From assembly GCA_010356995.1 (NCBI GenBank), contig ML996693.1, forward strand, positions 682,001 through 746,000: a DNA stretch of 64,000 nt, read 5' to 3'. This DNA is from Trichodelitschia bisporula (Eukaryota). Every line of letters begins with the position of its first letter. Position 1 is the first letter of the stretch. The notes beneath the pieces were generated by a model, which worked only from the letters and a program-made list of their open reading frames with translations, made no database searches and was not told where the DNA came from. A program made the position numbers and the translations under genes. Positions 35,831 through 50,384 of the stretch are shown here, piece after piece.

Positions 35831-38800
35831 TCACCCAGAGAAACCCGAGTTCTGCCTGCTATTCATCATGCTGCCTGATGAGCTGCTGACATCGCTCGGC
35901 GTCTGCACTTCCAGGCTAAGCTGCGCCCTAAGCGCCATGATCCAGTCATGCTGCAACAGCTCAGCCGCCGTGCTCCGCTTGATGGGATCGCGCTCGAAGC
36001 ACCGCTCCAAGAAGTCGATCCCCTCATCGCTAAGCTGATCACGCGTCGGCAGTTGCGGCGGATTGCCCTGGGCAATATTGTACATGATGGCCCACTCATT
36101 GTCCAGGCTCGCCCAGGGGCGACGGCCAGTAGCCATTTCCAGAATCACGCAGCCCAGAGACCAAATGTCGACGGCGCCGAGCCGGCCTACCGCTTGTCCC
36201 CGGATCACCTCCGGGCTCATGTACATAGGTGTGCCCTGCATGGAGTTTTGCCGGCCCGGGCGCGTGGCGGCGGGGTTGTCGGCGAGAGTCTTGCCCTGGC
36301 GGGCGATAACCTTTGCGGCGCCAAAGTCAACGAACTTGATTACGCCGTTGTGGTCCAGGAGGATATTCTCGGGCTTGATGTCGCGATGGATGATGTTGCG
36401 CTCGTGAAGGTAGGCAAGGCCTTCCAGCATTTCGAGAGTGTAGACCATAATGACGGTTTCATCCTCAATACGGCCGTGCTCAAGAAGTGCGGCAAGCGAG
36501 CCGCCTTCGCAGTACTCCATGAAGATGTAGACCTTGTCTCGGTGCGGTTCAATTCCGTAGTATGAGACAATGTGGGGATGGTCGAGGACTTGTAGGACAC
36601 TCATCTCATCCCTGATCTGCGTGACAATCGTGGGTATGAGCTGCGGATCATGGAGTCGAATCTCCTTGACGGCCATCAGCTGGCCAGAATCCAGATTGAT
36701 CGCGGAGTATACGGATCCGAACGTGCCGCCACCGACAAAGTGGCCTTGCTGCCACCGGAGGGTGACGTTGGCGGCTGATGATGAAAGGGAAGTGAGAGCG
36801 CGATCGGCATCGTTCGACGTTTCCAAAACCTGTCCCAATGCCTGCCGCTCTGATTCCTTCTGCCTCCTGAAATCTTCGATCTCATCCAGCTGCCGCAGCC
36901 ACTCTTGTCGGACAGTGTCTGCAGCCTCCTCATCATTCTTAAGCTTACTGATATCCAGCCTATGCTTGCCCATCATGGCGTCGAGACGCTGCTTTTCGGC
37001 TTGTGCCGCCATGGTGGAGCGTGCACCCATGATGTCGAAATGCGAAATAAGGAGTGACATGCACCCCGCAACCTTTGCCCGCAACCGCGCGTACTCTTCC
37101 TCGCTGATGGAGAGAATATTGTGGCCTCGGGTCATGAGCATCGCAAACTCGAGCGCCACAACAGCCCAGCGAAAGGTCTTGCGGTCGGATGACACACAGT
37201 CGTCACAAATAAAGCTGACCCAGTCCAAGGCCAACTTCATCAGCTTGAGGTTGTTCAGCGCCCGGCGGTTAGGGTCCATGTAGAGGAGAGAGCGCTGTCC
37301 AAATTCGGTTGCAAAGGCAAAGCAAGTCTGAATCAGCTCGTGACACTCCAGCCTAGCCGTTTGCCTGCGGATAATCTCAACGCTTTCCATGATAGTGTTT
37401 GAAAGCTTGTAGGCCGTCCGCTTTATCTTCTTCAGTTCGCCATTGACGCGGGGGAGGTTGGCTCTTTGCTCATTCAAGACGGAAAGCTCCATGCCAGTGG
37501 TATGCGCAAAGGTGATTTTGGCATTGGCCAGGCGCTGTTGAGAACCATCAGCGAGAAGCCGTAGGCGGCTGGTTTGAACTTCAAGAGCGGGAGGCCGGAA
37601 GTTGACGGAGAGCTTTTTGCCAGGCCAGTAAAGGATTTTTTCGGGATGCAAAATGAGAACATAGGGGTTGGAAGGATCTTCAGGGTTGTCCTCAGCATGA
37701 TAGCATGAGCCCAACAGCGACTGAATATCGCTGGGGCGGGCATACAACGCCGGGCACGCAATGATGTATATGCCCTTCCCGTCGTCCTGTGGCGTTTCGA
37801 CCAAAAAGTGGTTCGAGTAGACGAGAGTATCGTAGAATTCCATGAGATCTTCGGTAGGGAGGTTAATGTTATATTCCGCGCAATTTTCGAAACGCTGAGT
37901 GAGAATTCGGGAAAAGCGGAAGAGTTTGCGCTGTCGGATGCGTACAGAGTCCAGAATCGCCTTGTACCGTTTGTCCATTTCGGCACCAGCAACCTCGTCT
38001 GGACGCCGCGCCAGTTCCCTTTCGAACTGCTGGCTCAGACGCCAGAGAGACTTGGAAGTCAGAGAGCTGCAGCCTAGATTAGCAGATATCATAGAGCCTC
38101 CTTTAGACGTACCAGAACTGCTCCGCAACCTCCACGTCCGCACCCTCCAAAAACCGGCCGAGCTTGTTCGAGAATTCCCACTCTTGCTCCAAAATCTCAG
38201 CTTCCTTAAAAGCATTCTTGTTAGCCGCAAGTTTCCAACTGAGAAGTTTGAAATAGAACTTGAGGGCTTCGAGCACGGTGAGGTCGAATCCCTCTTCAAT
38301 GCACTCTGGCGGCTCCCAGCCTTCCTCAGGTTGCGAGGTGAGGTTGTAAGTCTCCTTGATATGGACCGCCAGGTTCAGCAGGATATGGAATTGAGATATC
38401 ATCTGCTCCATCATCATAGCTCCTTGCTGCGCCGATTCGTTCATGTTCTTAGCGTAAGAAAGGCGGACGCGGATGATTTCTTGCACAAGACGGGAGGGAA
38501 AGTTGATGAGGGTCTGCAGTTCCTCGATGTAGGGTGGCAAATGCCTGTCGGCGAACCCTTGGGCATTCAAGATCAAAGTTGATTTGGCCTTGCTGATGAT
38601 GTTGTTGAGTCCAACCAACAGGCTGTCCTTTCCTTGCAGCGATTTAAGGCCATCTTCCTTGAGGATCCTTTCGATAAACGGAGAATCGTCTGGCAGAGTA
38701 CTCTCGTGTTCGTCACGCACCCGCTTCTTGGAGAAGTCGAGCTCCTCATTGCCAACCCAATTTCGCAGAATGGTAAGTTCGGTGTTGATCATTTGCGTCG

Positions 38801-40001
38801 TGTTGTGCCAGGAGATGATGGCGTCGCATGCTTCCAGATAGGCCTGGGAGGCAGCCCGCGGGTGAGCGGTTTCCAAGGCTCGTCGAGTAGGATACAAACT
38901 TTCGCACTTTTCAATCTTCATCACACATTCTTCGACCTGCTGAGTGGGCGTGAGACCAACTTCAGCTTCGCCCTTGATCTCAAAGGCTATCACCCCTTCA
39001 ATGGTGGATTTGACCTTCGCTCGACCTTCTTCAACCATTCTCCGTTGCGCCTGAAGCAGCCTACCGCACACACGAGCTCTGATTCCAAGCCAGACCTCAC
39101 CCTTCAAAGCGTCGTCTCCTTGTTGATCTCCACCACCAATGAGCCTCTTTTTCTCCTGCTTAACCACGTCGCCCGTAAGGACGCTGGCAAGCATCGAATG
39201 CCACTCCAGCCTCTCCCGATTCTCGGGTACCTTAAGCTCCTCCACCGACGGCTGCGTGTCTTCGTTCCCGTATAATAGCAATGTATCTTGATCATACGGG
39301 TCCTCAATATAGTCGGCTGTCGCCGGAGAGTCGTCGTCAGTGCTGGAATCGGTGCTGCTGAAGTCCAAGCTCGGCGTCCTCAACGTGTTGTCATAGTACT
39401 CGTCGACGTTGGGAGCATCATTTCTAATGCGTTGCACGTAGGCGCGCTCCTGCGCTCGGTACTCGGCATTAGGATTGTTCCTCCGAGCTCTGCTCGCAGA
39501 CGAGTTTCTGTGGCGGCTTGTTGTGCTGTTGAGTGAAAACTGGGTTGGTCGGCGCGCGGTCGCTGGCGCATAAGCGTTGGACGGAGTTCTCGTCGCGGTG
39601 GGCCTGGTAGCGCGAGCGTTGCTGGGAGTTGCCGTTTGACCGGGCGGCGGCGCGTCCATCGAAGCCATGGTCCCAGCGCTATTTTGCCGGGTTCGAGTTT
39701 GGCTGTTCGCAGGCCAGGTGTGTGCGGAGTTGGTCATTGCCATGGGAGGGACGTCGTCGAGAGGAGTGGTTGCGACGGGAGGGGTGAATTCGAATTGTCC
39801 TTCATTATCATCGTCGGAGCTATGATGTTTCGCGCCGCCATCTGAGCCGTCGGAGGAGATGGAACGGAAGGACTCTTTCGCCGCGCTATCGGGTGATTCC
39901 ATAGTCTCGCGAGCGAGGAGAGCGTCGGAGGCGGCAACAAACTTGGGCGCGTCAGCGTCGCCGTCGCTGAAGCGAACGCCGCGAGCGGGTTCAATGCTCA
40001 T
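35831..40001 (-). CDS. SSK2: MAP kinase kinase kinase Ssk2/Ssk22 (HOG pathway; SskB/OS-4), 2 exons
   Basis: NRERLEWHSMLASVLTGDVV; kinase motifs WQQGHFVGGGTFG, MAVKEI, HRDIKPEN, DFGAAK, GTPMYMSPE, DIWSLGC, DNEWAIMYNIAQG. Intron 38112-38067. Start at 40001 inferred. Confidence 0.95.
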
Positions 40002-41571
40002 GGCACCGACACCTACAGCCTCTTGTATTTTGCTCTCTCGATGGCGCGTTCCAGTGTCCGGCGGGTTGAGTATCGCGGGCGATCGGCACATGCAACGCGC
40101 GACGATCCACCCAAACCGCGGGTTGTCGCTGAGCTTCGAGCGCCCAGCGAGGCGGGGGGGCTGGAGCAGGCTTTTAGGCTGTGGCGGTGCGAATCGGGGA
40201 GACGGAGTCGATTCCAAGATTGGGGTTTCGCAGCAGGAGTCCTGTTGGTAGGGAAGGTATTTTACTGTACCAACGGGCGCGTCTCTTTTTTCCCCTTGGA
40301 ATCAGATTGAGGGGGGGGGTGGGATGTCGTCAAGCTACCGGTAGAACAAAGCCAAACGCGTAGCCTTTCGAGCTGTCTGAGCGCTTGTCACCGAGCACCT
40401 GCAGACAGAATATGTGCACCAGGCCGAGCAGAATAATATTGGGAGCGATGAACGGGAAGAAGAGAGAGGAGAACAGAGAGGGGAAGGAAGGGAAGGTGAC
40501 AGAGAGAGGGAGGGAGGGCAATGGAATGGCCTAGAATTGGTCTGGATTTTTGGGGTAGTAGAAGAGAGAAATACGGAAGACTATGTATTGTTTTGGGGGA
40601 GGAGGAGGCGAGACTGAGATTGCCGACTTGCTGGGAGGTGGGGGGGGCGAAGAGAGAGTGGAGGGCGAGAACTGATGGGAGGGGTTATGTGTGTGTGTGT
40701 GTGGGAGGCGCGCGGAACAGAGAGGATAGATCGGAGATTGATAGGTGAAAGTGGATCTGTGGATGCCGTGGGCAAAGTTCATGCGTAAAAAAGAGACACC
40801 AGTTTACTGTACTGTACTCTGGTAGGCATATTGGGGAACAATTCAATCGACAGATATCAATGTCAAGAAGTGCATCATGATGGCATGAATACTACGATAT
40901 GGTAGACGTGTTGATAGCATTAGCCACAACTTGACTATATCAGTACGTACCTTAGGTCCCAAAAGCGAAGTCAAAGAAAGACGCGAAACTAAATCAGGTA
41001 ATCTGTTTTGCTCATCAATTAATCTCCTATGCCTTTTCCAACATCCCAATCCCAGATGGCGGGGCCTAGTTCTAGAGTATGGGACAGGTCGATAAAGAAG
41101 AAGAGTCGTCAAGTGGTTCACTTTTGTCTGGCATAGCCACACACCCAACCCAACTACCCCAACTACCCCAAAAACAAGCCGAACAAGCCGACAAAACGGA
41201 AACGATCGAGATTCACCTTTGCCATCGAGCATGACCCGCTTGTCAGTGCTAACACGTCTTGCCTAAGGCTACCGTCAAACCCGGGGTGCTTCACATGTCT
41301 TGTCCATGTCCCTCCCCAAACCCCCAACCAGCCTGCAAATAACCACCTTTGAGGGGAAGTCGGTCGAAATCTTCATTCTCGCTACCTGGATATGTAATGT
41401 GCCTCTCTCCAGCACTCTAATACTCCCCCCACCTCCCATATTCTAATGTTTTGGTGCCAAAATTCATACAAGTCATAACCTTGAGCCCGGAAAGAAAAAG
41501 AAGGCAACACACCGGGCGCCATGGCCACCTCGTAACTCCCGCATACCCAGCCAGATAAAATGCCACAGGTT

Positions 41572-44500
41572 CTACTCTCCCAGTTTTTTGACCACCCCAA
41601 GCTCAACCAGCCGCTTCCACACCTCGTCTTTGGCATGTAGTCGCTTCCTGTCAAAGCCCAAGCCGTCCAGATCTGTGAGCTTTGGGCAGCTGTGCGACAC
41701 CAAAATCTCATACACCCGCCTTCGGAGTTTCGTGTCCTCGTCCAAACGCCCGAAATACAGCCGGTCCTCTTCACCATCCCTCGGTGGCAGCAGCTGAGGA
41801 GTGCTATGCGCTTCCACCTCGCCAAAGTCTTCTTCATCTGCCCCCTCATGCAAGCTTGCCGAAGTTGTGATCATGCGATTCTCCACGGCCTTCGGGTAGA
41901 ACCCGACGCTGAGCGGATTATCCCTCAGATCCAAAGCTTCAACATGGCCAAGTTTTCCGAGCACCGCCATGCTTTTGCGGAGGCGTGCCAGCCGGTTGCC
42001 AACCAGATGCAACGCCGTCAAATGCCGGATGTTGAGAAGCGGCCGGAGATCCTTCAAGGCGTTAAAGTTGAGATTCAAGCTTCGAAGGTTCGGCATATTG
42101 TGACCAAAGTCCTCTGGCAAAGTGTGCAATCCTGCCGAAGCGAGCTCCAGCTGCCGCAAGTTCAGAAAGTGACACTGGAACCGCAGGACAGGTATGTGGT
42201 TATGCGAAAGATACAGTGCATCTATCTCCGGGACAGTTGGTACCACGCAGGGCTCGGGCCCATACCCTTCTGGAAGGACCGTTTGTCCACGCACAGAAAG
42301 CTTGCGCAAGTTTTTCAGGCTTGAAATCCCTAATGTTTCCGAAAGCAAGTTGTGATCTGCATAGAGCTCTTCAAGACGAGGTGAGAAGCGTGCAATATCT
42401 AAGCTCTCTAAGAGATTGCGGCGAATGCTCAGTCCCTTGAGCGACAGACAGTGATCGGGTGTTTCCGATGGGAAGGAGGAGATGTTGTTTTCATCTAGTA
42501 CCGTTAGCTACAGCTAACGCGGAATCATGTCAATACGAACCAAGGTTCAGCCGCTTGAGATTGGGAAGGCGATGGAGGCCACGGACACTCGTCAACCGAT
42601 TGCCCTCGAGATTCACCGAGGTAAGGCGATGGCTTGTTGGGTCAGCAAAGGTAGATCAGTTCGACCGCACGACTCACAGCTCGGTTCCCTCAAAGTCCAC
42701 GGTTTGCAGGGCGTTATGCTTCAAGCTCAACACCAGGAGGCCATCGAGCTTCTCGACCCCCTTTAGGCTGCGAATGTTGTTGCAATTAGCCCGCAGTTCG
42801 CGGAGATGGACGAGACAGTCAAATCCTTCAAGACTCTCGATGTCATTGTTAGAAACGTCCAGGTATTGGAGGTTCCGCAGGTGACTCCAGGGAGTCAGGC
42901 TAGAGAGCGAATTCCCAGCCGCATTCAAGCACCGAATTGTGGACGGCGCGCCATTGAGTTGTCCCAGGTTGTTGTTCGAAATGTCAAGACTTTCCAAGCG
43001 CTCGCAGAGACCCTCGAGCAGATGCAGAGATGTCAAACCCTTCCCCCGCAGGTCGAGCTTGTGCAAATCTTCCCAATATGGCTCCTCCGGCTCAGTGTCT
43101 TGCAGGGCTTTGACGAGCAACTCATTCCCGGCAGCGAACCGATCCTCCATCATATAAAGTTTCGACCCTCCATGGCGCTTCACAACTGTCCGGTCAGGGA
43201 GGTCCCGCTCATCGATTTGGTCGACAGTGAAGTCCGGCAGGTCGCTCATGTAAAATGTGACATCAGCCCGACAAGGACTTGAACAGGGCACCATTTCTCC
43301 GCCTTGCTTGTAGGTCGCAGGCGCATTGGAGATGCTCATTGAGAAGTTTACCTGACGCTGCATCGCAGAGGGCTCCTCAAGCAGATACCTGTTTTTCGCG
43401 GTAGCAAGAGGTGCTGGAGACGAACGCATGTGTCCTGCCTTATCCTCCCGTATAGCCTCTAACGGGGCTGGCTGAGGCTTTGACACAAAAGGTAGGCCGT
43501 GCAGAGATGTCGTCCTCCTAGCAGACTGTTCGGAGATGAAATTTGAGGTATTCCTGTTGGCAACTAGCGGAGACGAGAGAGCCACAGTGATGCTTCTGAA
43601 GGCATGAACCGAAGGCGCCTGTCTGCCAGTGATACGACCCTCGTCTATCTTGATCTCGTGCTCTACGTCCTCAGTATGATTACCAGACGGTCGTTCCTTT
43701 TCGCTGGGGACGCTGTCCTCGAATCTCTCATGACTTTCCCAAGATGCAGACCTGGAGTGATGAGGGGCAGCCTGGTCGTGGCTTGATCGAATGACGGTTG
43801 AGTTTGAAGAATTGCTGACGGAGATGGGCTTTGTGGGATCCGAAAAGCGGACATCCAGGTTCTCCGGAACCTGGGATTTGAGGTTCCCCATGATGGGAGG
43901 AAACTCGAAGCTGATTCCACGCCCGGGGGCGTCAGACGTTGTAGGAGTCTTGGGAGGGACCATGCGGCGAGTCTCCTCAAATTCGTCGACGGTAAGATCT
44001 GGAATACTGTCGAAGGGATCCGGCTCACTTTGGGTGATAAAGCTCGTATCGGGCTTTTTCTCCGGACTCTTCGCTTTGACCCAGATGCCCTTCTCCTGGT
44101 CAAATGTCATTCCAGCCACTTGCTGAGGAATCAAATGTGCCACGGCTTCTGGGGCCAGTGTTGCCACGTTATCAGATTTCCGTGACGTCGTGGTTTTGTT
44201 GAGAGTAGAGTCAAGCGACGCCTGTGATCCATGGGTCGGTATCCCCGTGGATTTGACATCTGGATCACGGTCGGCTTGAGTTATTTCAGAGTTCGAGCGC
44301 GAATGGCTGGGAGACCAGAACTCAGGAGAACGGCCAATGATATGCAAGCCAGGTGGCTGACTCTCCATGGTGGTAATGCAAGTGTCAACCTCGCGATTGA
44401 ACCGCGACGTTCTCAGAGACGCCATGAACTCATCACCCTCCTGTTCTTGAAATTTCCGAAGATGGCTGACCACTCGGGGATGAAGATCTTGCGGCTGTCC

Positions 44501-47143
44501 CGACCTCCATCCACTCTTCCGGCCATCTCTTGTGGGTGGCCGCGAAAAGCTTTGAGGAGTCAGCTCAAAGGGCTCCTCCGACTCCGTTTCTTCGACACTA
44601 TCCAAGCCACTCAGAGGGCGCCCCTTGTTCCGAATGTAGTCCATGATCTTCATGGCCTCATCTAGGAAATCTTGTGTCGTAACCGAGCGCTTTCGTCCCT
44701 CGTCCTTCATTCCGTGGGCCACTTTCTCGCTGAAGGCAGCCACTTCACTAGCGACAGCTTTTGCCCGAACCAGCTCTTCAGGCTCACCGCACTGCTCTGA
44801 GACATCAAGATGCTCCTGGATGGCATGAAGCCTCGGGGAGCTGGCCATGAATTCCTCGGCCGCATCGAGCACTTCATCCTCAATCTCCTGTCGACGTGCT
44901 TGACTGGGTGTGGGATTCCTTGGCCTCAGAATGTGTCTTCTGGCAAGCACCTCCGGGTCGGCGATGTTGTTTCGGTTGTCGTAACGCGCATCCTTTCGCT
45001 TCTTTCCAATAGCCGTTTGGAAGCGTTGGTGAGACAGATGTATTGACGACGCAGAATAGTCTTCCGTTGGATCAGGAAAATCTACTCTCAAAAGTGTCCT
45101 TCGCCGCTTGGGAGTGGAGTCCTTTATTGGAGAGTTCCGCGGACGTTTACCGTCCGGGAGGAGTGTCGATGGTGGCTCAAGTCTCTGCTGCGACTCATCC
45201 TCATTCCACTGCGGAGGGATACTCCGGGGACCAGTGCGCTTCGTGACAGACACAGTGCTTTTGACAGATAACTTTGAGTGGGTTCGCTTTCCGCTTGGCG
45301 TTTTCTCACCACCACCTGGTTCGGATGGTGATTCAACGCGAAAGCGGAGAGGCTGTTGAGAACCCGGCGGAAATACCTGGGAAGGGGGTGAATTGCTCGG
45401 TAAGCTCTCATCGTCACAAAGCTGCTGGCTGATTGTGGAGAACTCGTCGGAAAAGGAATAATGGTCCAGCTGTCCCGCGCCGAAATGCTCTTGAAATGAA
45501 CTTTGTCTCGTGGAGCCGGCGTTAGGAGCTTGGGAGCGAGAGCTTAGCGTGGAAGCTGCCGTAACCTCAATTCTGGGACCCCGCGGATTAATGCTAGAAT
45601 TTCTCGTCGTAGGCGCCGTCCCGCTCTGTGAACAAGACTGGCTGGCAATTGGAGGAACAAGATCCTCAAGCTGACTCATCCGGCGATGTAGCTTATTTGC
45701 TGTGAAGGTGTCATGAGCATCGAACAGCTTCAGAGGACTGATCGAGCCACAATTGCGTTGAGCATTGAGGTTTTCTTCAAGGTTAGGCCTTTTCGGAGTC
45801 TGAGGTGGTCGAGGTGCAGGCGACCTCAAAGGCCCCAAAACACTCAGTTCAATGGACGACGGTTCAACTGACTCAGTTCCGGTTTGATCTTCGGTTGGAG
45901 CCGAGTGCGGTCGGGCAAGAGGTGACGGACTGAGTGGGCGCCTTCTGAATGATCCATCGGCCGAGTACCCTCCGCGCTTAATGCTGACGAACTCTCCTAT
46001 GCTCACGACATCGGGAGTTCCTACGGGTAGGTCTTCCGGGAGTCCTTCTGACTGAAGTCGTGCAAGTGAACTATCCTCCGTAACATCAGAATTTTGCTGG
46101 TCCGGCTCGGGAGTCTGTTGGATTGCCTTCCTCTGGGCCAGTTCCCGAATGTGCTGAGCGATCTGTGACTTGGGGAGGTCCAGCGGGGCATAGTCTACCC
46201 GACCGTCTGCTGTGGTGTGCTTGGAGATGAAGACAGGACTAAAATCGTCGCTTCGGGACTGAAGGCTAGATCCCTGCGACAATGAGGTACCCATTTCAGA
46301 GGCCGGTTCGCTCATGAGATGCGATGCGACTCGTCGCTCACGAGGCTCGCCGATTTCCGGGCCTGCGGATTTCCCACGAGATATGGCGGCCTTCTCCTTA
46401 AGGCGAATGTCTCCCAGTTCAGCCTGGACCTTATCATTCATCGTTCCCTCCTCAATCTCTTCCACCATCTCCAGCTCCTTTGTACTGTTAAGCGTAAGCT
46501 TTATCGGCGACTTGGAAAACGGTTCGCCTCCAGGTTGCCAGACAGGGGGGCTGGATGGTATCGCGTCGAGGTTTTTGAAAAAGGATAGCCCACGTCCTTC
46601 TTCCAGAGCTTCGCGGCGAGGCGGTGGAGGCTTTTGAAAAATGTTTTCAATTCCGATGGGGCTGAAGAGATCCTTCTGTTCGCCGTATCCCATGTCCCCT
46701 TTCAACAGTCTTCTCCGCCATTCGGGGGTGGAGTTCTGAAGCTGGCGTGCCTTGGGCGGGGACGTGGAGGTAGACTTTCTCTGTGCTGTTCCTTGTGCCA
46801 TAACAGATTGTGTCGATTCGGCGGAGAGGGAGCGTCTGGACAGACCCTTCCTAGAAGGTTTATCGCTCTCGCGCCTTCTACCAAAGGCGGCCTTGTTGTC
46901 CTCGCTGATTCTCCGCTCTCCCAAAACACTCTTCCGTCGCTCCGCGCCTTCCCGAGTGCTGGAAAAGGTTCGGTGCTGTGCTGATGAGAAGGAGCGTGAC
47001 GCGACAGCGGGTGCTCTGGCTGGGTGATTCGATCCCATGACGCTTCCGTTGTTCGTTGAAGCAGAAGGCGAGTGAGCTGCGGATGAGGAGGACGGCGGTT
47101 GAGAAGGCCAGTCCTCGGAGAGGTCTTCCAGCCAATCAACCAT
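41572..47143 (-). CDS. cdc11: Septation initiation network scaffold Cdc11/Nud1 (SepK-like), C-terminal leucine-rich repeats, 3 exons
   Basis: MVDWLEDLSEDW; TPEWRRRLL...DLFSPIGIENIF; RKRSVTTQDFLDEAMKIMDYIR; GMTFDQEKGIW; LRR array (LDISNNNL, LDVSNNDI, LNLNFNAL, LDLRDNPL); RRRVYE...LDGL. Two short introns near 42676-42635 and 42540-42496. Confidence 0.88.
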
Positions 47144-48049
47144 TGTTTCGGTCCGAAGAGGTTGCACTTCTCAGGTGGTGATGTTGTTCAGACCGACGGG
47201 GAGGGTTGCGACGCGTCGCGAATGCGGTACAAGCTGCGTGATGGGGAATGATATAGGTCGAAATTCTTTAAGAGTGCTAATTGCTATTTCATAACAGCGA
47301 TCTGCACGTCATAAAATGTTGCGAGGTTCAGGAAAGCCGGGACGAGTTCGGGAGAGGAGTTGGAGAGAGAGTAGCGTAGACGTGCGTAGTGTGTGATGAG
47401 CGTTGTGATTCTTGGCGGAGGGTCGACGTGAATGCGGACGCTAGGGCCAAGTGCGGTGCCACACAAAAGCTCCCAAGCCGTCGCTGGGGCAACGGAACTC
47501 TCTTTATCCACAACCAACTCCACCTTCGTTTCCCCATGTCCCCATCAAACTTAACGTTCGAACACGAACTCTGCCTGTCATCACAGCGTCACAGCATCAC
47601 AGCATCATATACTCCGTACATCCGTATATCACCTCCATCGGTCCAAGGACAACGCCTAAGTAGGCCTGTGGGTATGGCTTTCGTAAAACGTCACCTCCTT
47701 GAAGGGCAGCTGAGCCACTGACCGTAATAAAGCATTTCGAAGCTACAGTACGCTGCAAGAGGATGCTGTCTCTCTTCATTTGAATGGTACAAGCACCAAG
47801 GTGCTCCCTTCGCCATGTCAATACTTCCCACATACCTTATATATTCCGCCCTTCACTATGGCAATCCTCAACCTCCATCCCGCGAAGCCCCAGACGAGGT
47901 CCCAGTCGATTTTCCAATGTCCATCCGCGATGGTCACGAACGTCTTGCCTAGCGCTGGGGGACCGAAGCCCGTACAAAGACATTTCTTGAAGGGTAGCCT
48001 TTTTGCATCCGGTATATGAGGCTCAAAGGTCCATTCCACCAAGGCCGGG

Positions 48050-48796
48050 TTGGCCCGTAGAAATATGCATATACATGCCACAACTAATCTCGATCATTTC
48101 GACGCGTTTAGACATTCAGAAGCCAATGGACAGATGCGTCCTAGGATGGCAGACAAAATGGATACGGATTCTAAGTTCACCGCGAGCAACGGTCCTAAGG
48201 GATATATCCTAGACGTTGCTAGTATCGACTATCGACTATCAAGAATCACGCTGGAAAACAGCCCAAATTCTTGTGTCAAGTCGACCCATGAGCAGTGTCT
48301 CGCAACCCGTCAGCACACCTTCGAAGGGCTGGATTGTCCTTCTCTGCCTCGTTCCCAGCGGGGTCCGCCACCACCTCGTCCTCGTTCCCGACGCCGGTTG
48401 AGTCTGCCGTTTCCGCCCAAGTTGAGTCCAGGACATGATCCCCCTTCGATCTACATACCCGCCGGACTTATCGCAAGCGGGCAAGGCCATGTTGAACGCG
48501 AATACGTCTTGATGGAACGCACTTTGCCGGCCTCCAGTGTGAAGCGCAAGCGTGATTACGATCTTGCCCCGCCTGAAGCGCCTGAGACAAAGAAGTGCAG
48601 GCCTCATCGCAGCACCAGTCCAGAGGCAGCGCCTCCGGTGCTTTCTAAAGTTAGCAACAAGAGTCGGAAGACACCATCTTTGATTAAATCCGGCGACAGC
48701 ATGAGCGATCATGTCGACCTTGAGCGTAAACCCTGGACTCTGAGAGAGGCCGAAGAGTTTCTGCAGAAGTTGAAGGCGAACCCTAAGTACTTTTAA
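48050..48796 (+). CDS. Hypothetical protein (orphan; 5' structure uncertain)
   Basis: 248-codon ORF in an otherwise empty interval, with an NLS-like KRKR...KKCR and a terminal helix WTLREAEEFLQKLK. No family recognised. Confidence 0.4.
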   Translation: MARRNMHIHATTNLDHFDAFRHSEANGQMRPRMADKMDTDSKFTASNGPKGYILDVASIDYRLSRITLENSPNSCVKSTHEQCLATRQHTFEGLDCPSLPRSQRGPPPPRPRSRRRLSLPFPPKLSPGHDPPSIYIPAGLIASGQGHVEREYVLMERTLPASSVKRKRDYDLAPPEAPETKKCRPHRSTSPEAAPPVLSKVSNKSRKTPSLIKSGDSMSDHVDLERKPWTLREAEEFLQKLKANPKYF

Positions 48797-49560
48797 CTAA
48801 AGGGCACCCGCGGGAACTGCCGATCTAAGGGCAGCCGAGAGCAGCTACTGCAGAAAATCCTCTACACTGGCCGGACCTCGCCTACCTATCATCGCAAGTG
48901 GAATGACTGCCCGAACGCCTGACTCCGGTTTGACAGCAAACACAGTTCGCTACATCATCGACTAAATTGTCTCGATGCGCGCCACTCTTTCCTACGAGGA
49001 GAGGTATCTTGTGCCGCGCTGACCTTCTCCTTGGGCACCCTATCGAATTCACACTTTACTGGTGAGTCAAAATGTCCATCCAAAACGCATGTCTCTTCAT
49101 CATAGCTTCATCCTTCAGGACGCTACATCATGAAGCAATACAAACCCAGTTCATGTACTTTACTCCACCAAAGGTCAAGTTTCAAGAACTTACGACTTCC
49201 AGCAGGTACGGCCCTCTTCCCCATTGACAATGATACCAGAAGTCATCGATCTGCATGGCGTTTGTTCACCCTGGACCCTCTGCAAGCAGCGCAAAATATT
49301 GGGCCAAGGAATGCGGTGTTCATGAAGAGTTCGTGGGCTATGAGAAGAAGGCACTGACAGATGGCTCATTTTCCCAACTAGAACCCCTACGTCAAGCGTT
49401 CAAATTTCACTGCTGCATATTGTGGTGTGACCTAGTCCTTGTCTGTATTGTTTCGATATTCGCGTGTGAGCTTGATATCCTCCTCCCAACAATCCTTAAC
49501 ATAGTACGCCATGATCTCTCCTACTGAATCCGTGTTATTGCCCTTCCATCTACTATCCGC

Positions 49561-50384
49561 TCACCTCCAGCCCCCAACTCTGCCCTCATCCCATCGTTCC
49601 TTTCTCTCCCTGCGCAAATAAGCGACCTTCTTCGCCTCCCTCAATCGCCGAACAAACTCTGCCACCTCCCTCTCAGCAGCCGCACCCTCGCCCTCCAAAA
49701 AGCTCTCTTCAAGCCCGTTGCACAGTGTCTCCTGCTCCACCACAGCAGCAGCAAGCTGCTGATACAAGGCCGGGGGGCTAAAGTCCCGTAGCGCGGCATC
49801 CTGTTCCGCCTGCTTCGCACGCCATTGTGCCTCGAGCGCCCGCAGGGCCAGCAATCGCGATTGCGTAGCCTGACGCTGGTGTTGGATTTGCGCCTCAAGA
49901 GCTTGAAGCGACGACGCGAGCGCAATATTCTCAGCGAGGAGGGAGGAGAGCCCGGCTGCGGAGGCGGGGACGGAGGGGTGAGCGGTTGAGGGGGCGTGGA
50001 CGAGGGCTTGCTGAAGGGATGGCGCGGAGAGAATGTGATGTAGGTCTACTGTTCTACGCTTGTTTAGGAGTCTAGCAAACACGCGGACACGGGTGGAGTT
50101 TACGATTTATCTTTGACTATGTCCGGGAGCCAGCCCGGCTCCGGATGCGGTATCACCGGGAATGCCTGCGAGGACGATGCAGAGTTACCGCCTGTATAGT
50201 GTTGACCTGATTGCCGCGAGTCGAAGAGCTGTTCGGTCTGCCCTGGTGGGGGTGGGCGCGGGGGGCCTGCGAGGGGAGTGCCGCGGCCACTGGAGTGGGC
50301 GGACGGTTTGGGGGGCGGCGGAGGCGGTGTCGAGGGGTTGTATTGGAATTGAGACTGGGATTGATGGGGAGAGTGACGGGACAT
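49561..50384 (-). CDS. ESCRT-I subunit VPS37-like (Mod_r domain), 2 exons
   Basis: MSRHSP...PPPPPKP proline-rich N-terminus, WLPDIVKDKS/TVDL across intron 50103-50054, coiled coil, FSPPALYQQL...EESFLEG...YLRRERKERWDEGRVGGWR. Confidence 0.8.
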